From Lingula anatina (Eukaryota > Animalia > Brachiopoda), in NCBI GenBank assembly GCA_051362555.1, contig CM120643.1, positions 27,904,848 to 27,968,847 on the forward strand: a stretch of 64,000 nt of DNA, written 5' to 3'. Positions 1-13,383 of this stretch are shown in pieces. The number at the start of each line of letters is the position of its first letter. Positions within the stretch are counted from its first letter, which is position 1. A program made the position numbers and the translations under genes. The notes under the pieces were generated by a model that was given only the letters and a program-made list of their open reading frames with translations, ran no database searches and was not told the origin of the DNA.

Positions 1-103
1 TATTAATATTGTGTGTTGATGTAAATTAAACATACTGTTAATAATACATTTCAACCTGAACGTCAACCAGTATATCAACTTGGTGTATCTACGGGTGTCG
101 GGG

Positions 104-142
<39 letters not shown>

Positions 143-2418
143 GGGGGGGAAGGGGGGGAGGCTGGGAGATGGAGATGGGGGATGGTACGTTGTCAGTATT
201 CTGTCAAGTCCCCTCGCACACCAAATATTATCATGTCTTCTTCTTCTTTTGAAAATTCGCCGTGGGGAAACAGTGAAAGGAACAAATATGCATACCTTCA
301 TCTATATCTACATGTATATAGGATAACCGGACAAATGAGAGAAATACAAACTCCTTCCACTCAAAATTCGGTAATCCCCATTAACCACACTGGACAAAAT
401 GTTGGGGTCATTTCCCCCTAGTATGCCTGTTCGGCCAGTGTTGAGTTACAAAACCGTGACTAAGGTGTAATAGTTGCTTGGAATTTTGTGCGGTTTGGTG
501 GCGTTACACATGTGTTTAACACGACACGCGTGTGCGGGTAAATAAGGTGATAAAAGGGGTGAAAAGTTAAAGCCCGGACAATTTCTTACAAATGGCGTTT
601 ATTTCGCTCCTCTCCTTCCAATAACAAGAATAATAACAATAATAATCGAGAGAAGACATTTGATTTTGCTTTCATTATCTTAGGTCCTCGTTTTTCGGAT
701 TTCATGATTATTTATCATTAGTTATTACATTGAACAAATTAAGACCAACATGGAAAAAAAAACCGGAAAAAAAACTCTGCACAAACAGCGGACACGGATT
801 ATCGTCCCTCAGGAACCACTCCCGCCTAGGCCAGGGTCCACTGAGGAAAACCACGCCACGCTACGAGTACAAGTGGTGCTGGGCAATAAACAGATATGTA
901 AATGTGAAGTGTGAAAAATTTTCTTTTGTATTTATATTCCACAAAAATTTATGATTCCCAATTTTATACCTTAGAAACATTAGACCACCTGCACTGAATC
1001 TCATGATATCCACATTATATAATTAGAAATCTTAGAAAACATAGAATACAACTGCAGCAACGGTTCAAGCAATGATTCGTGAGTATGCGACATTGGTATT
1101 TTTCTAAAAAAAATCCATTTGGCGAAAATCATAGATAGGATACCTTTACGTTACCTTTAGTGGATAGGCCACTCATCCTTGTAAAAGATTAAAAATACTT
1201 TTTAGCTCAACGATTGGTTACAATGAGCAGGGGCGGAGTTTCGACATCATCCGTTGCATATTTCCGACCAGAGATGACCGTCAAGTGCCCCGTCCACCTT
1301 CACATTAGCCAGGTGGTCATTAAAATTTGACAAATCACCACGCGGCGGAAACATCTTGATGTCGTCTGCTCCCTCTAGGTGGAGGATAGATTGTTGCCAA
1401 GATAAGATGGCCACATATCCGGTCAGTGGGACATCTTTTGATTATGACCAGTCCTTGCCTTGAGATGACAGGCTTTGACCACAAAGTTGCACTATGGTCA
1501 TCCTGGTCCGACCCCTTTGACACTTTACACTGACAACTTTTTAATAATTAATTTTCAACCTTGACTGACCACATCGTAATTCACTTCTGCTATTTGTACT
1601 AGTGTGTCCACTTTCTTGAAAAATGATTTCCGTTATTTTTTTAATATGTCGTATCCAATTCATACAGGACTATTTCCCCTGTCACAGGGATTTTAGAGAA
1701 GTTTGTTATTTTGCAGTTAAACTTTCTACTGCTTAAAACGTATTAGATAATGTACATAGTGCCATTAAAATGTCATTTAGTATAGAGACGCCGGGGGGGG
1801 GGGGGGGGGGGGGAAGGGGGGCTACACAAGATACTTTAAAAGTAACTGCACTGTACATGTACATGTTTTAATATCTATCATTGTTTAATTATCTGTCTTA
1901 TATAAATCTTCAATAATTGCAATAACAAATTTATCCCAAGCCCGAATGAGTGCGATGACCGATGGACAGATACACTAAATGTCAGGCGTGCATATGTAAC
2001 GTATCTTAACAGATATATGTGTGTATATTTTGGTAGAAAATTGCACCATGGCAAGTACAATATAGTTATCTGTTGTTTTGTTCCTCCCATTAAAAAAATT
2101 AACATATTTTATGTTAAAGAGCAGAAATGAACGTCACAATGTGGCAAAGTAAACAGGAGCATACAAAAGTGTATTTTGAACAAAGTTTATTTACCATACT
2201 AGAAATTATGTGCTATATGAATTGGTCCCAATACCTGATGTTTCGATTCAAGTCATTAAAGTGAGTAAGCCCAATTTAAACCAGTCCATCTCAAGAAAAG
2301 ACCACAATATTGGGACGGGTAATTTGCTTTGAGGTGCTATGGTTAAATATTTCTGTAATCTAATTTCAAATTATATACATCTGATACATTTACAACCATT
2401 ACACCTGTATACTGATTC

Positions 2419-2531
2419 CATATTGTTAAATTGTGTAATATATAATACATATTGTTAAATTGTGTAATATATAATACATATTGTTATATTGTGTAATATG
2501 TAATACATATTGTTATATTGTGTAATATATT
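2419..2531. repeat. 29-bp tandem repeat, ~4 copies
   Basis: Unit CATATTGTTAAATTGTGTAATATATAATA repeated head to tail with few mismatches. Confidence 0.85.
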
Positions 2532-2767
2532 TCATAAGATGTCAGTCAAACATACGCGACTAAAGAACACAAATGCTCCTTAAGCTTCTGATTAATATAA
2601 GCAGGATTCAAATTGTTTTCATTAATTCAAATGTATACATATTTATGGTTGACATACATGTATTTGTTGCTACGTTTTGAGGCCTTACACGTGAAAGCAA
2701 GTAAAAGGGGTTTTTCAATCAATCAGTTTGCAATAAAGTAGAACTAATGTTAGTATTTCCAATTGAA

Positions 2768-2828
2768 ATATAATATAATATAATATAATATAATATAATA
2801 TAATATAATATAATATAATATAATATAA
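2768..2828. repeat. (TAATA)n microsatellite
   Basis: About 12 consecutive TAATA units. Confidence 0.95.
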
Positions 2829-4451
2829 TGATAATTCTTTGGTAATATAATATAATGATAATTCTTTGGTGTAGGGGCGAACATTTTAAAAACGAACAAG
2901 TTTATCAGGTTTTTGAAAAGAATGACCTTCACAAGACAAAATGTATTTGGTTTTGGATATCAGTGATCTCTGCTTTGTAATAAGTCAAAAATAGCTGCTG
3001 AGCGAGGTGATTGCGGATGTGCGCATGCGCTGACAACCCGGTGATGTAACGCCTCGTGCCGGGAGCGTCATGCGCGGTGAGGGCTGACATATGTAAGATC
3101 TGATATAGAGTGGCATTGGTATGGCCGGTAGTCTGATTCAGTCAGATAATGATCTTTAACGTATGTCTTGTTGACAGAAAATGTAGTCATAATGACTTGC
3201 AGAAGTTTCGTGAATTTACAAAGGAAAGTAATACATTTGAAAAGATTATACACGTAGGCCTATTTGAAAAGTTGAGGAATAACGTCCTGCGTACAAAATT
3301 TATATAACACCTTTCTATCTAGCAAGCTAGGCCTATTTAATTTATTCTGAGAAATATTGATGTAAACGGTGCTTATATTTCTGATTCCCTCGACTAAAAT
3401 ATCATCGCATGCAAGGCAACACGACTTCTACTAATCCTAAAAAAGTCTTACAACCCAACCAGCTTTTATTTAAAATGATTGCAGTCGTTCTTTATGACTA
3501 GAACGAACAATGTATAACGTGCATGTTCTGTTTATATAGAAAACACACACACACACGAAGGCACCAATGTTCAATCAAAAACAGATCCAGGAAGTTAATA
3601 AGTTGATTTGGGGGGGGGGGGGGGGGGGGGGGGGGGGCTCACAGCTGAGAAGGTAGTGCTCCTCATGTAGTAATGTAGTATTTAGTGTAATCTGTTGTCT
3701 ATTAAAGTACATTAAGACTGTTTTAGTAATTATTCATGTTTATTAATATGTTTCAGGATGCCTTTTTTTATCTTTTAAGGAGAATAAAGGTTTGTATAGT
3801 TGAGTTTGATTAAGCAGGGGAGAGGACAGGGTTGACTAAACCCGTCACTGAAAATAAACATCAGCACAATTGCGAAGATATGAACGCTCGATTGTGATAG
3901 TTGTGACTGGGCCAAAGAGCAGTGCAACACGATGATACTTGACCATTCACATACAAAATGTGTTAGGTGAGAATTTAATATAATAATAGCTTTTTATTAT
4001 TCATAAGCAAATATCCACGATAATCAACAGAATGACTACTACCTTTTTATACTTTTACAATATCGATTAACCAGCATGAGATTTTTTTCTGAAAGAATTT
4101 TTTTACTGTAAGTAAACATTATCGTTGGCAACTGTTTGGTTCCACTGTTTTGTGCAGCTAAACGTTGGTACATATTACCATTCCTATCTCCTTATGATAG
4201 TCATAATCATGGTGCCACTCATTTTGGAACCGATCCTTTTTACAGTTTTTATCATCTTGGCTTCAATAAATAGTTCTTATATTGTATACTCCTAATGTTC
4301 TTGTGTTCTGGTGACTGTTTGTTCACCAGAAGTGGTTGGGACAAGACCCCGGACAAAATGGCGTTACCAGGTGTGTTGCCCACTGGCAGTTGTACTTGAC
4401 TATTGGAAGTTCTAAAGATCTGATTTAATTCTGGGATTGTGTCTCACTGTG

Positions 4452-7400
4452 TTATGAGGCAGGGGTCTTTGGGTTCCGGAATTCATCATCACTGTGCCCA
4501 GTGGAACGCAGCCGAGAACTGAACCCGAAGAAAGGCATGTGTGGGCGGGACGGTTGCTTGTTTGGTTTTACGTTCTCGTGCTGCTCTGGTTTCGGGGGCA
4601 TTAAACCGATGACATTCAACGGTCTTGCCATTGGATAAGAAGAACTGAAGGCACCCGGGCTTGAGTTTGCAGTATGGCCAGTAGCTTCGGCTTCGTTGGT
4701 GTGTTCCACGGGATTGTTCACAACTATGGGCTCGGGTACAAAAATTAGCCCAGGACTGTTGCCATGTCCAGGAGCTTTGCCATGTCCTGGCGACGCCGGC
4801 GCTGGGTCGTATTTAAAATTACCCAGTCTTGAATGTGAATTGAAGAAATGACTAAGACCCCCTCTTCTTAGAGTATTATCTGGGTTCCGTTGTCCAGGGT
4901 AACCAGCTGGTGGGGCGATCGTGGGCGCCATATTGTTTCCCTCGTCGTATGCCGTTGACTGGTCTAGTCCAAGTGCTGCCAGGAAATCTGCTAGGTTCAT
5001 GACAGGAGTTAGAGGGGACGCGGGAACGTTTGACTGAAATTATGAAAAGCAATGAAACATCATTTTTGGAAAAAAATTGACTTTGAGTAGATGAAAATCA
5101 GATGGGGTCTAATAATATTCAAGTGATCACAATTCAAGGAAATGAGGTATATTAAGTGTTTCTTCTTGGTACAAAGGGCACTATTTCGTTATATGTACCT
5201 TTACACGTCACGTAAAGTCGACATAACCGAATACTCACGTCACAATCTGCACATTCAGGCACCTCTGTTGCTTCACTGTCGATGGAATCCTCTGCAGCGA
5301 CAGCTCCCAGCGTCGCCAGAGTGAAAGCATTTCCATCAGTCCCCGTGGATGTGGTGGGGGAGGTGGTTGGGGTTGCTGAGGTCGTGGATGCCGTTGTGGT
5401 TGAACTGGTTGTAGAGGCCTCCGTGGTCGTGCTGGTTGTGGTGGTTGAAGTAGATGTTGTTGTGGTAGCCGCACTGATAACTGGAATTGGAAACGAAAAT
5501 ACTTCAATTTGGTATTGAATTTTGAATTCAAGAGCAATACGGTGTGAAATGTGTAAACTAAGTGCTTATATCACGGACATTAAAGATAATATTACCCTTT
5601 TTTGAAAGAATGCTTAACTTTTACACAAGGACGGAAGTGAATTAAGAAACATTCTGTTATCAGTTTCAGTTATATTTAATAAAACAATCAAAATATACTG
5701 GTACATGATGATGTCATACGGAAAAGAATAGCATAGGGATCGATAGCACTGAAAGAGGGTACTAAGTGCGCGTGTGAGTATCTGTGCGAGAGAGAAAGAG
5801 AGAGAGAGAGAAAGAAAGAAAGAGAGGGAGATGTTTTTGCGTACATTATCACTGACCTTTCACATATTGACGTAGCGTTATATTCATGTCACATGTCAGT
5901 TCGTACGCTTGGTACGTCCGCACGACAGTCTGTCCATTACAGGTGTGGTGATACAAGTGATCCTGTGTCACGTCCCGTAGCGACATCCTGTTGACTAAAT
6001 ACCAGGTGCGAGGGGAAGGGTACAGGGGTCTTAACACAGGGTCAGGCAGGAGCAGCAATTCACTGGTATTCGAACACCGGACTTCAGTTGTGTTAGGTTC
6101 CAGTACCAACTCCGGTCGCTCGATGTCTTTGACGAATATGTACTGGTCGGTAAACCCTCCATTGCCGCAGATGTCTTTCACTGACCAAGATCGACGAATT
6201 AGTCTTGTACCGAAGCTAGAGTTTGATGCCACTATCAAATCTGTCGAGTTAATAGTGAGATGGGCGTCCAAAAGACACGACGATAAATTCTCAACGACTG
6301 CTTTGTCGTCGAACTTGCTGGGTCCCAAATCTCCATCATACTGTGGGCAGACCTCTGCCGTATGGTTCTCAAATGGACGTAGAATGAGTTGTTGGTTTAC
6401 GACAATGCTGATGATTTGCTCAGCTCTGGCAACATGGCCACAGCTATCAATAACGGTCCAGGATCGTCGGATTTTTGTGTCACACAAATCGTCATTTGTC
6501 GCACGATCTGCGCTCTCGACTGTTACATCGAGCCCGCATGGAGAGATGGACTCGGCGTCTCCACCGGTGTTGTCAAAGTCGTTCCAATCTGTCCCACAAG
6601 GTACTGAAATCGGTGCTGGTACGAAATTGAAAGCCGGTGGTTCCGAACGGACAATAATCAACTGGTCGGCGGTGGCGGTCTGTCCACAAACGTCAACTGC
6701 CGTCCACGTCCGTCTTACCCTAAGAGTACAATCGTTGTCGTTCAAAATTTCATCGGCCGTTTGGATTGTGACTTGGTGACCGCACAGAGAGGTAGCCAGT
6801 GCCGGTCCCCCTGTGCTCTCTGGGTCTGTCCAGTCTGTGTCACATGACACCGTGATAGTGGGCGGGACAAAGGTGAAGTTTGGCGCACCTGCTGGCACAA
6901 CCGTCACGTTTTGTACGAATACGGACTGCTTACCGCACTCGTCCGTTGCCCTCCATGTTCTTATCTCAGTGTAGTCATAGGGGCAGGACCCATTCACTCT
7001 AACCACGCTGTAAAGCTCTACATCCACGGCAAGACCGCAGTGGCCTGCTGCCGTCGGTGCCTCGTCGAAGCTAGGGACGCTGTTACAAGAAGCCGTCAGG
7101 GTTTCTGGTACGCCAGACATAAAGGGCGGAGTGTCGTAGTCAACGAATATTCCTTGAGTTCTTGTGACGAAATTCCCACATTCATCCTGGCCTGTCCACG
7201 TGCGGGTGATGTTGTAAATGTTAGGGCAGAATGAAGAACTCATCTCCTCCTCAAAATCGACATCAATTGAGGTGATGTTGGGCGGCTGGGGAATGTTTGC
7301 GCATGTGTCGTTAAGGGTGATAAACAGATCAGTGGGAAATCCCACAGGAAATCCGAAATCCAGGCCCGTCTTGTGGTGGACGGTTATGAGCTGCGTACGG

Positions 7401-9477
7401 GAGGCGCTGTTACCGCAGATGTCGGTCACTGTCCACGTGCGAGTAACTGTCCGAGAGCCTCCATTAGCAGTCCCATTGGTCAAGGTATCGGAATGGGTGA
7501 GGCGTGGGTAGGAGACGTAAGCACACGAATTATCTCTGTCCAGCGTGGCCGACCTGTCCACTGCCAGGTAGGGGCCCAGGTTTTCATCACAGGTGAAAAT
7601 GTCCTCAACCTCGGGTAGCAATATGGTGGGTGGAATGGTAATTTGGAGATAGATGATCTGCCGGACAGAGATTTGATTTCCACAGTCATCAACGGCTGTC
7701 CAGGTCCGTGCGATGCTCTCATTACACAGGTTGTCGCTGATTATTCTGTCCGTGAAATTAACACCGACCGGATCTCCGCACGCAGAGCGGGCGATTGCCC
7801 ACCCGCCTGTAAGATCCGGGTTCTTTATATATGTGCCACATTCCACTGTGATGTTCGGGGGCACAAAAGTAAAAACAGGGAGACCCATCTCCCTGATAGT
7901 TATCATCTGCACCACATGCACCATATTTTCACACGCATCCTTTGCTGTATACGTACGGGTTATCGTCGCGTTGCATGCTGCGGTTGTCGGCAGAGGATTT
8001 GGCGCTTCTTCAATTTTGAGCGTTACGTCTGCGCAGATTCCATTTGAGACAACATCCGGGACATCTGGGAGTTGCCCTTGACAACGTAAATTTAAATCTG
8101 CATCGGATCCTCTTCGGACAAAGGTCAAAGTCGGGGCAATGTTGCACCAAGTGCAAACATCTAGGGTATGAAATAAATTTAAATTAGACCTTAGTAAAAA
8201 TTCATTTATGCCCAATTTGAATAAGTTTGAATAGTTTGACAATGCACGTTTAACCCGCTGTATTTAAAAAGTAACAATGCATCTGAAGGTGGATTTTTAC
8301 AAATTTTCTTAAAGGTGTACAGGACACGATGACCATATCCTAACGACCAAAGTTCCCCCCCCCCCCCTTTTGGAATAAAACCAAACAATTCAAAATAAAA
8401 AGAATAAAAAAACGGAGACAAAGATTCAGAAAGTTCATGCAAACAAAAAAACATGCCGGAAAATTGTATAAATAGACATACACATACCCTTACTGCATTC
8501 TCTACATGGACCCCCGGGGTCCTCCAGTAAGCGCAGACTGCCCCCTCTTCTAACTTGGCAGCACTCGGCCACGCTCTCCGTCCTTCCTTGGACACCGGTC
8601 ATCGTGTGATTGACCTCCCGACCTGCCGGACACTGGGGACCAGTGTAACATTGCACTGAAATACGGAGGAGAATGAAGGTAAGTACACTTGCTTTGGATG
8701 ATTACGAAAATGAAATACAATCGCCTTGGATGATTACGAAAATGAAACCTGCATACGAATGGACGACAGGAGGGTTGTAATGCTCATGTAAAATAGGCCT
8801 ACTACACCCGTGAAAATTGGGCACCAGTTTTGAAATAGTAGCAGATAGTACTTGAATGTTATCTTTCTAAATACATGTAGCTCCAAATATTATTCGCGTA
8901 ACCTCTTAAATAAAAAGGACAGCGGGGTGCCGTACGAATTTTATCTCTATTATTCATCTACGTATAGTTTATCAGCCTGACTGATGCAGATTTCTACACA
9001 TATATAAAATTCTTGTAAATAAAGAAGGCTGTCGTGCCCCAGACTAAGCGGCTGACACCCCCTCACCTAGATCAACCACACACATATGTACAGTCTATCT
9101 ACTCTACTTATTGGCACATTTAGCTGTGCTAGAGTAATGCATTATGCATTTTCTATATTATTTCAGCTCCGGAGTTACGACTTTAACGTTTGCCAGCAAA
9201 TCATTGATTATATCAAAATGTAATCAGAGGTGTACTAATTAGACTTTATCCCATTTAGTTAACTCAGTAGATATCTGTAAGATATCTGCCCTCTTCTTCA
9301 GTGATATTCAAATTCAGTGCTACTGTTGAAGGATTTGGTTGCATTCTTGGCCCCGTTTCCAGTATATCCAGTGATCAGGTTCCAGTAATCAGCCCACTGA
9401 CACCTACCTTGTGAATATGCCGGGGAGATGACAGCACACATAGTCAAGATCAAAGTTGCAAGAAAATATCTGTCCAT
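4452..9477 (-). CDS. Secreted ~1120-aa protein: signal peptide, 6-Cys N-terminal module, nine HYR-like (4-Cys) repeats, Thr/Ser mucin-like stalk, Pro/Gly/His low-complexity tail
   Basis: Coding exons 9477-9408 (MDRYFLATLILTMCAVISPAYSQ), 8655-8488 (alternative in-phase donor after 8494), 8160-5857, 5480-5239, 5033-4452. All introns are GT..AG with polypyrimidine tracts; phases 1/1/1/0 keep one open frame to TAA at 4452-4454. Confidence 0.88.
5857..8160 (-). CDS. 2304-bp single exon encoding nine ~85-aa HYR-like repeats
   Basis: Recurrent motif P.F..VP..ITV.C...CG..V...D....C...I.RTWTA.D.CG....Q.I in ORF 5849-8242; acceptor tttcataccctag before 8160, donor AAAG|GTCAGT after 5857. Confidence 0.9.
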
Positions 9478-10148
9478 GGTCTTCTCCGGTGTCACTGCGA
9501 TGAAAGAAAATAGTGAATAAAAATTGTGGCCAGTAATTTATATGTTGCTTTACTGATATTCGAATTCAATGTGGGTGAGAATAATCAATGATCTTCCGTC
9601 ACAGCTGTGTACTATAGTAAGGCAGAGCAAGCACGCTACTCCCCTATATAAAGGATACCCCTATGATATTATGGAGAAAATGAATAATTACTTCCAAGAA
9701 ATAATAATGAGAAAAAAAGGACTATACCGATAGTGATAAAACTCAACTCCCCATAAAATGTCAGCTACTGTCGCTGCTAGCGGTTTCCCTGCATCATACA
9801 CCAGTAGTACCAGTACCATCAGTTTGAATGAACCGATGTGGCGACCGTTGATGTTACCTAATTTGTTGATAACATCGCTGTTTTTAATTACTTCATTAAT
9901 GGCAATCTCTCCCCGCATCCCCGCCTGTGTCTCCATGATAGAATTTAAGATAACTTCCCCCACTGTTACACCTGCCATGCATACCGTCGTAATACCATGT
10001 TACATATTATAATATTTGTCGTGCATCTACGTAAGTACTTTGCACCGGTTGGTACGACTGTCTGTTCTCGGCTTACCTGTACGTTACCTGTATTGGCAGG
10101 CACCAGTGATAAAAGGATTTTGCTTCAAGGAGCATATAATTAAGCAAA

Positions 10149-10180
<32 letters not shown>

Positions 10181-10999
10181 AAAAAAAAAAAACGGTACGC
10201 GAGTTCCAAAGTTTTTAAACTATTAAAATCGTTAAATGAATTTAGTAGGACGCAGCTGTGAGAATCGTCTGGTTTTGTCTCACTGTTCTGTAGGCCCACT
10301 GCCTTTTTCATTTTGTCTTTTTTCCCGTCATTGCCAGAACATTGCAAATTTTATATATATATATACTCAATGGAAAAAGAGCAAATGATCGTAGATTTTA
10401 TGATTTTATCTACATGGTTGGGAGATAAGATGGCCAGGACCCACGAGTCAATATACATCCTGTGAACTATCACGTATCTTTACGTGGTATCACTAGGCCC
10501 GCAGTAATACATGTAGTACACACTGAGATGATCCGGCCAATAAATATTGTCCATTCACAAAGAAAAAAGCATCATAATAATAATGATAATAATAACAATA
10601 ATAATAGGTGTGCTCAAAATTCTCCTTTTTATATTTACCTTATGTTTTATAAATTCTATAAAAAAAAGTAGACAGCTCATTTTATTACATTTCATCCATT
10701 GCTTTCTTGTAATCGGTATGAGAAGTGTTTATTCATGAAATATTGAATATTATTATACCAGCATGTAAGTGCCAGCAACCTTCATACTGGTATGCCATTT
10801 TAAATCTTTCATGTCCACCTGTCCGGCTTAAATGACGGGAATACTGGACAGAGGGCGTTCACGTGGACCTGTCACACGTGTATTAATCTATTGAGATTTT
10901 AAGTATTACATTAGCCATTTCCTAATTTGCATCTAAATGCTCATCTGTGGATAAAGAATACGTTTTGACATTTTTAAAAAAGCTATTTAAAAAACTTAC

Positions 11000-11077
11000 C
11001 AGTTCTCATCAATTTTTCGCTTCACCCATCGGCTGCTGACACGGCTTTGCCCGTTTATCTTTTCTTACCTCTATATA
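11000..11077 (-). promoter_or_regulatory. Putative TATA box, initiator and short non-coding first exon of the HYR-repeat gene
   Basis: TATATA at 11072-11077, TCAG initiator-like motif ~33 nt downstream (~11039), donor CTG|GTAAGT after 11000; matching acceptor tttctttcatcgcag before 9494. Confidence 0.5.
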
Positions 11078-11363
11078 TGCATAAATAGCATCGTAATGAC
11101 CCCACAATTACCATTCTGACGCATATATATTTAAATATAGGCTTCGCTCCTCATTTCCGTGAGACTGAACTTAAGAAACGTTTTATACGCAATTAAGACT
11201 AAATCTAGTCGTCGTCAATGGTGAAATATGGGAGAGTTAACACCGGTGAACATCCATACAGGGCGCGTGCCCGGGGCTTCACTAGTATTATCAACAAGGG
11301 GATACATGACTGTGACGTCATCAACAATTGACTTACGGCTCACTCTAAATGAAACTATGTATT

Positions 11364-13332
11364 TAGTAGGCTTGTTAAGGACCAAAAAATGGCCAAACGC
11401 TGCATTTTGTAGTACAAATGTCTAACTTGGCATAAATGTTCCTTGGGCCAAAAGAAAATTTTTTATCCAAAGAGACGCCCTCTATCGATACATTAATTAG
11501 CATAAATTATGCAAATTATGTGCCAAAATATATAATATTTCATATTTCCATTAATTTTTGGCCTAGAAACATGTATAGATTATCAAACCTGACTAAAGAA
11601 GGGACAAGGAACCCATTTTTGATCATTTGGAAGCAATTGGTGGCCATTTTGTGCCTCAAATCCAAGATGGCCGCCACCAGCCATTTTGAAAGTGGACATA
11701 ATTTTGCTATTTTATGTTGAATTTTGAAGCGTTTGGTCTAACTATACTTGATATATATATCGATTCTTACTATTTTGGGGGTGAAAAAGTCATTTTTGAT
11801 ATTGTTATGGTGATAGTAGATGATTTGAAGGAACAAAGAGGGTGTTTTAAGTGCCTACCAAGATATGTGTGAACGCTGCAAAACCATGGATATTAATAAC
11901 CCGTATTCAAATATATCTTAATGCAATTTTTTGTTATATACCATCTCTATTGGACTATATTATGAGCAAAAAAACACATTTTTACCATTATGGAGGCCAT
12001 TGGTGGCCGTTTTATCCCTCAAATCCAAGATGGCCGCCAAAAACCATTTTGAAATTGGGCATAATTCGCTATTTTAAAACTATATGTATTACATCTTTGT
12101 AAATGAGTAATACGTCGTTTTATATTATTTTCTGTTGCAGAATACATTATCTGTTTCATGAAATGTGAGTACAAACTATTTTAGCCTCCAAAATCAATAT
12201 GCATGTAGGCTTAAGTTGTCAAATAGATTTACATGTGCCATGTAGTCTAATTAGTACAAAATGTTTTATTAAATCCCAAAGAGCTTGAAACAAGCGTCAA
12301 AGACCAAAATGGCAAAAAAGGTAAAGAACACATACTTGGTGCTTTGGAGACAATTGGTAGTCATTTTGATCCTTAAATCCAAGATGGCCGCCAGTCACAA
12401 TTTTGAAATACGGGTAAGGCATAACTCATCAATTTGAAGCTATTGCTCTTACACTAGCATGTTATACATCGTTTCTTATCATTTGTGTTGTAGAAGTCAA
12501 GTCTTATCTCTTCTGAGATATTATACAAAAAGAAAATATTACAAGGCTCCAACACCAATACAGGCTTACGTCTGCACCTTCGCTTGTATACGTCTTGAAG
12601 TCAAATTTGTGCAAAAATATGTTATATAACAATTATAAAATGGTTTTGCCAGACATAGATTAAGTGCAAGAGACCAGCATGGCTGATTCGACTTTATGGT
12701 GACTGCTGTTAGCTATTCTGTTGTTCATATCCAAGAGCCTGTCACTATTTTAAAATGATGGCATAATTTACCTTTTTGAGCTGTTGGACTTTCATATATG
12801 ATCGTAATACATCAATTGATACTATTTTGGAAGGACGTAATTAATTTCCGGTGTTATTCTGGTGACAGAGGATAATAACAAAGGCATAAGGTATTTTAAG
12901 ATGATTCCAAGATGAATTTTCCTGTAGTTGTCATATACTGTAGATGTTTTGCGCTTGTTCGTCCATTGGAAACAATGAGAACTATGTAGTTGCCTTATGG
13001 ATTTCTATTGGTAGTGAGATGACTTGTCTGGCCAAATCATGCTAGGAATGATCACTGGCACTGTCAACTAGGAAAAGAGGTTGCTTCCTCGACTTTTTTG
13101 CTTTATCCCTCTTGCCTACCTGCGCAGCTGCTGCTTTCTAGTTGGTTTTGCAGATTCCTTCTTTTGTGTAAAGATACCAACTTTCCTCTGATTCGACATG
13201 TTCTCATGCATTGATTTGTTTCTCTGGAAACTGGATTTTAATATATTGTTTGGCTGTTTCTCATAGGACACTGACAAAACCTCAATTCTTACTGGCTGTT
13301 GTCTTATTGGCCTACCAGAGCTGATCATGCAT

Positions 13333-13383
<51 letters not shown>

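Noticed and set aside
80-421. Poly-Gly / poly-Pro ORFs
   Set aside because: Produced by a poly-G homopolymer tract
5282-5518. Val-rich hydrophobic ORF on the plus strand
   Set aside because: Reverse complement of the Thr/Ser-rich exon 5480-5239
5991-8081. Several long plus-strand ORFs
   Set aside because: Antisense shadows of the HYR-like exon
5849-8242. Bacterial contamination or a prokaryotic island / CRISPR array
   Set aside because: The bacterial-like exon is embedded in a spliceosomal gene among eukaryotic transposons; no repeat-spacer array or operon structure is present in the window
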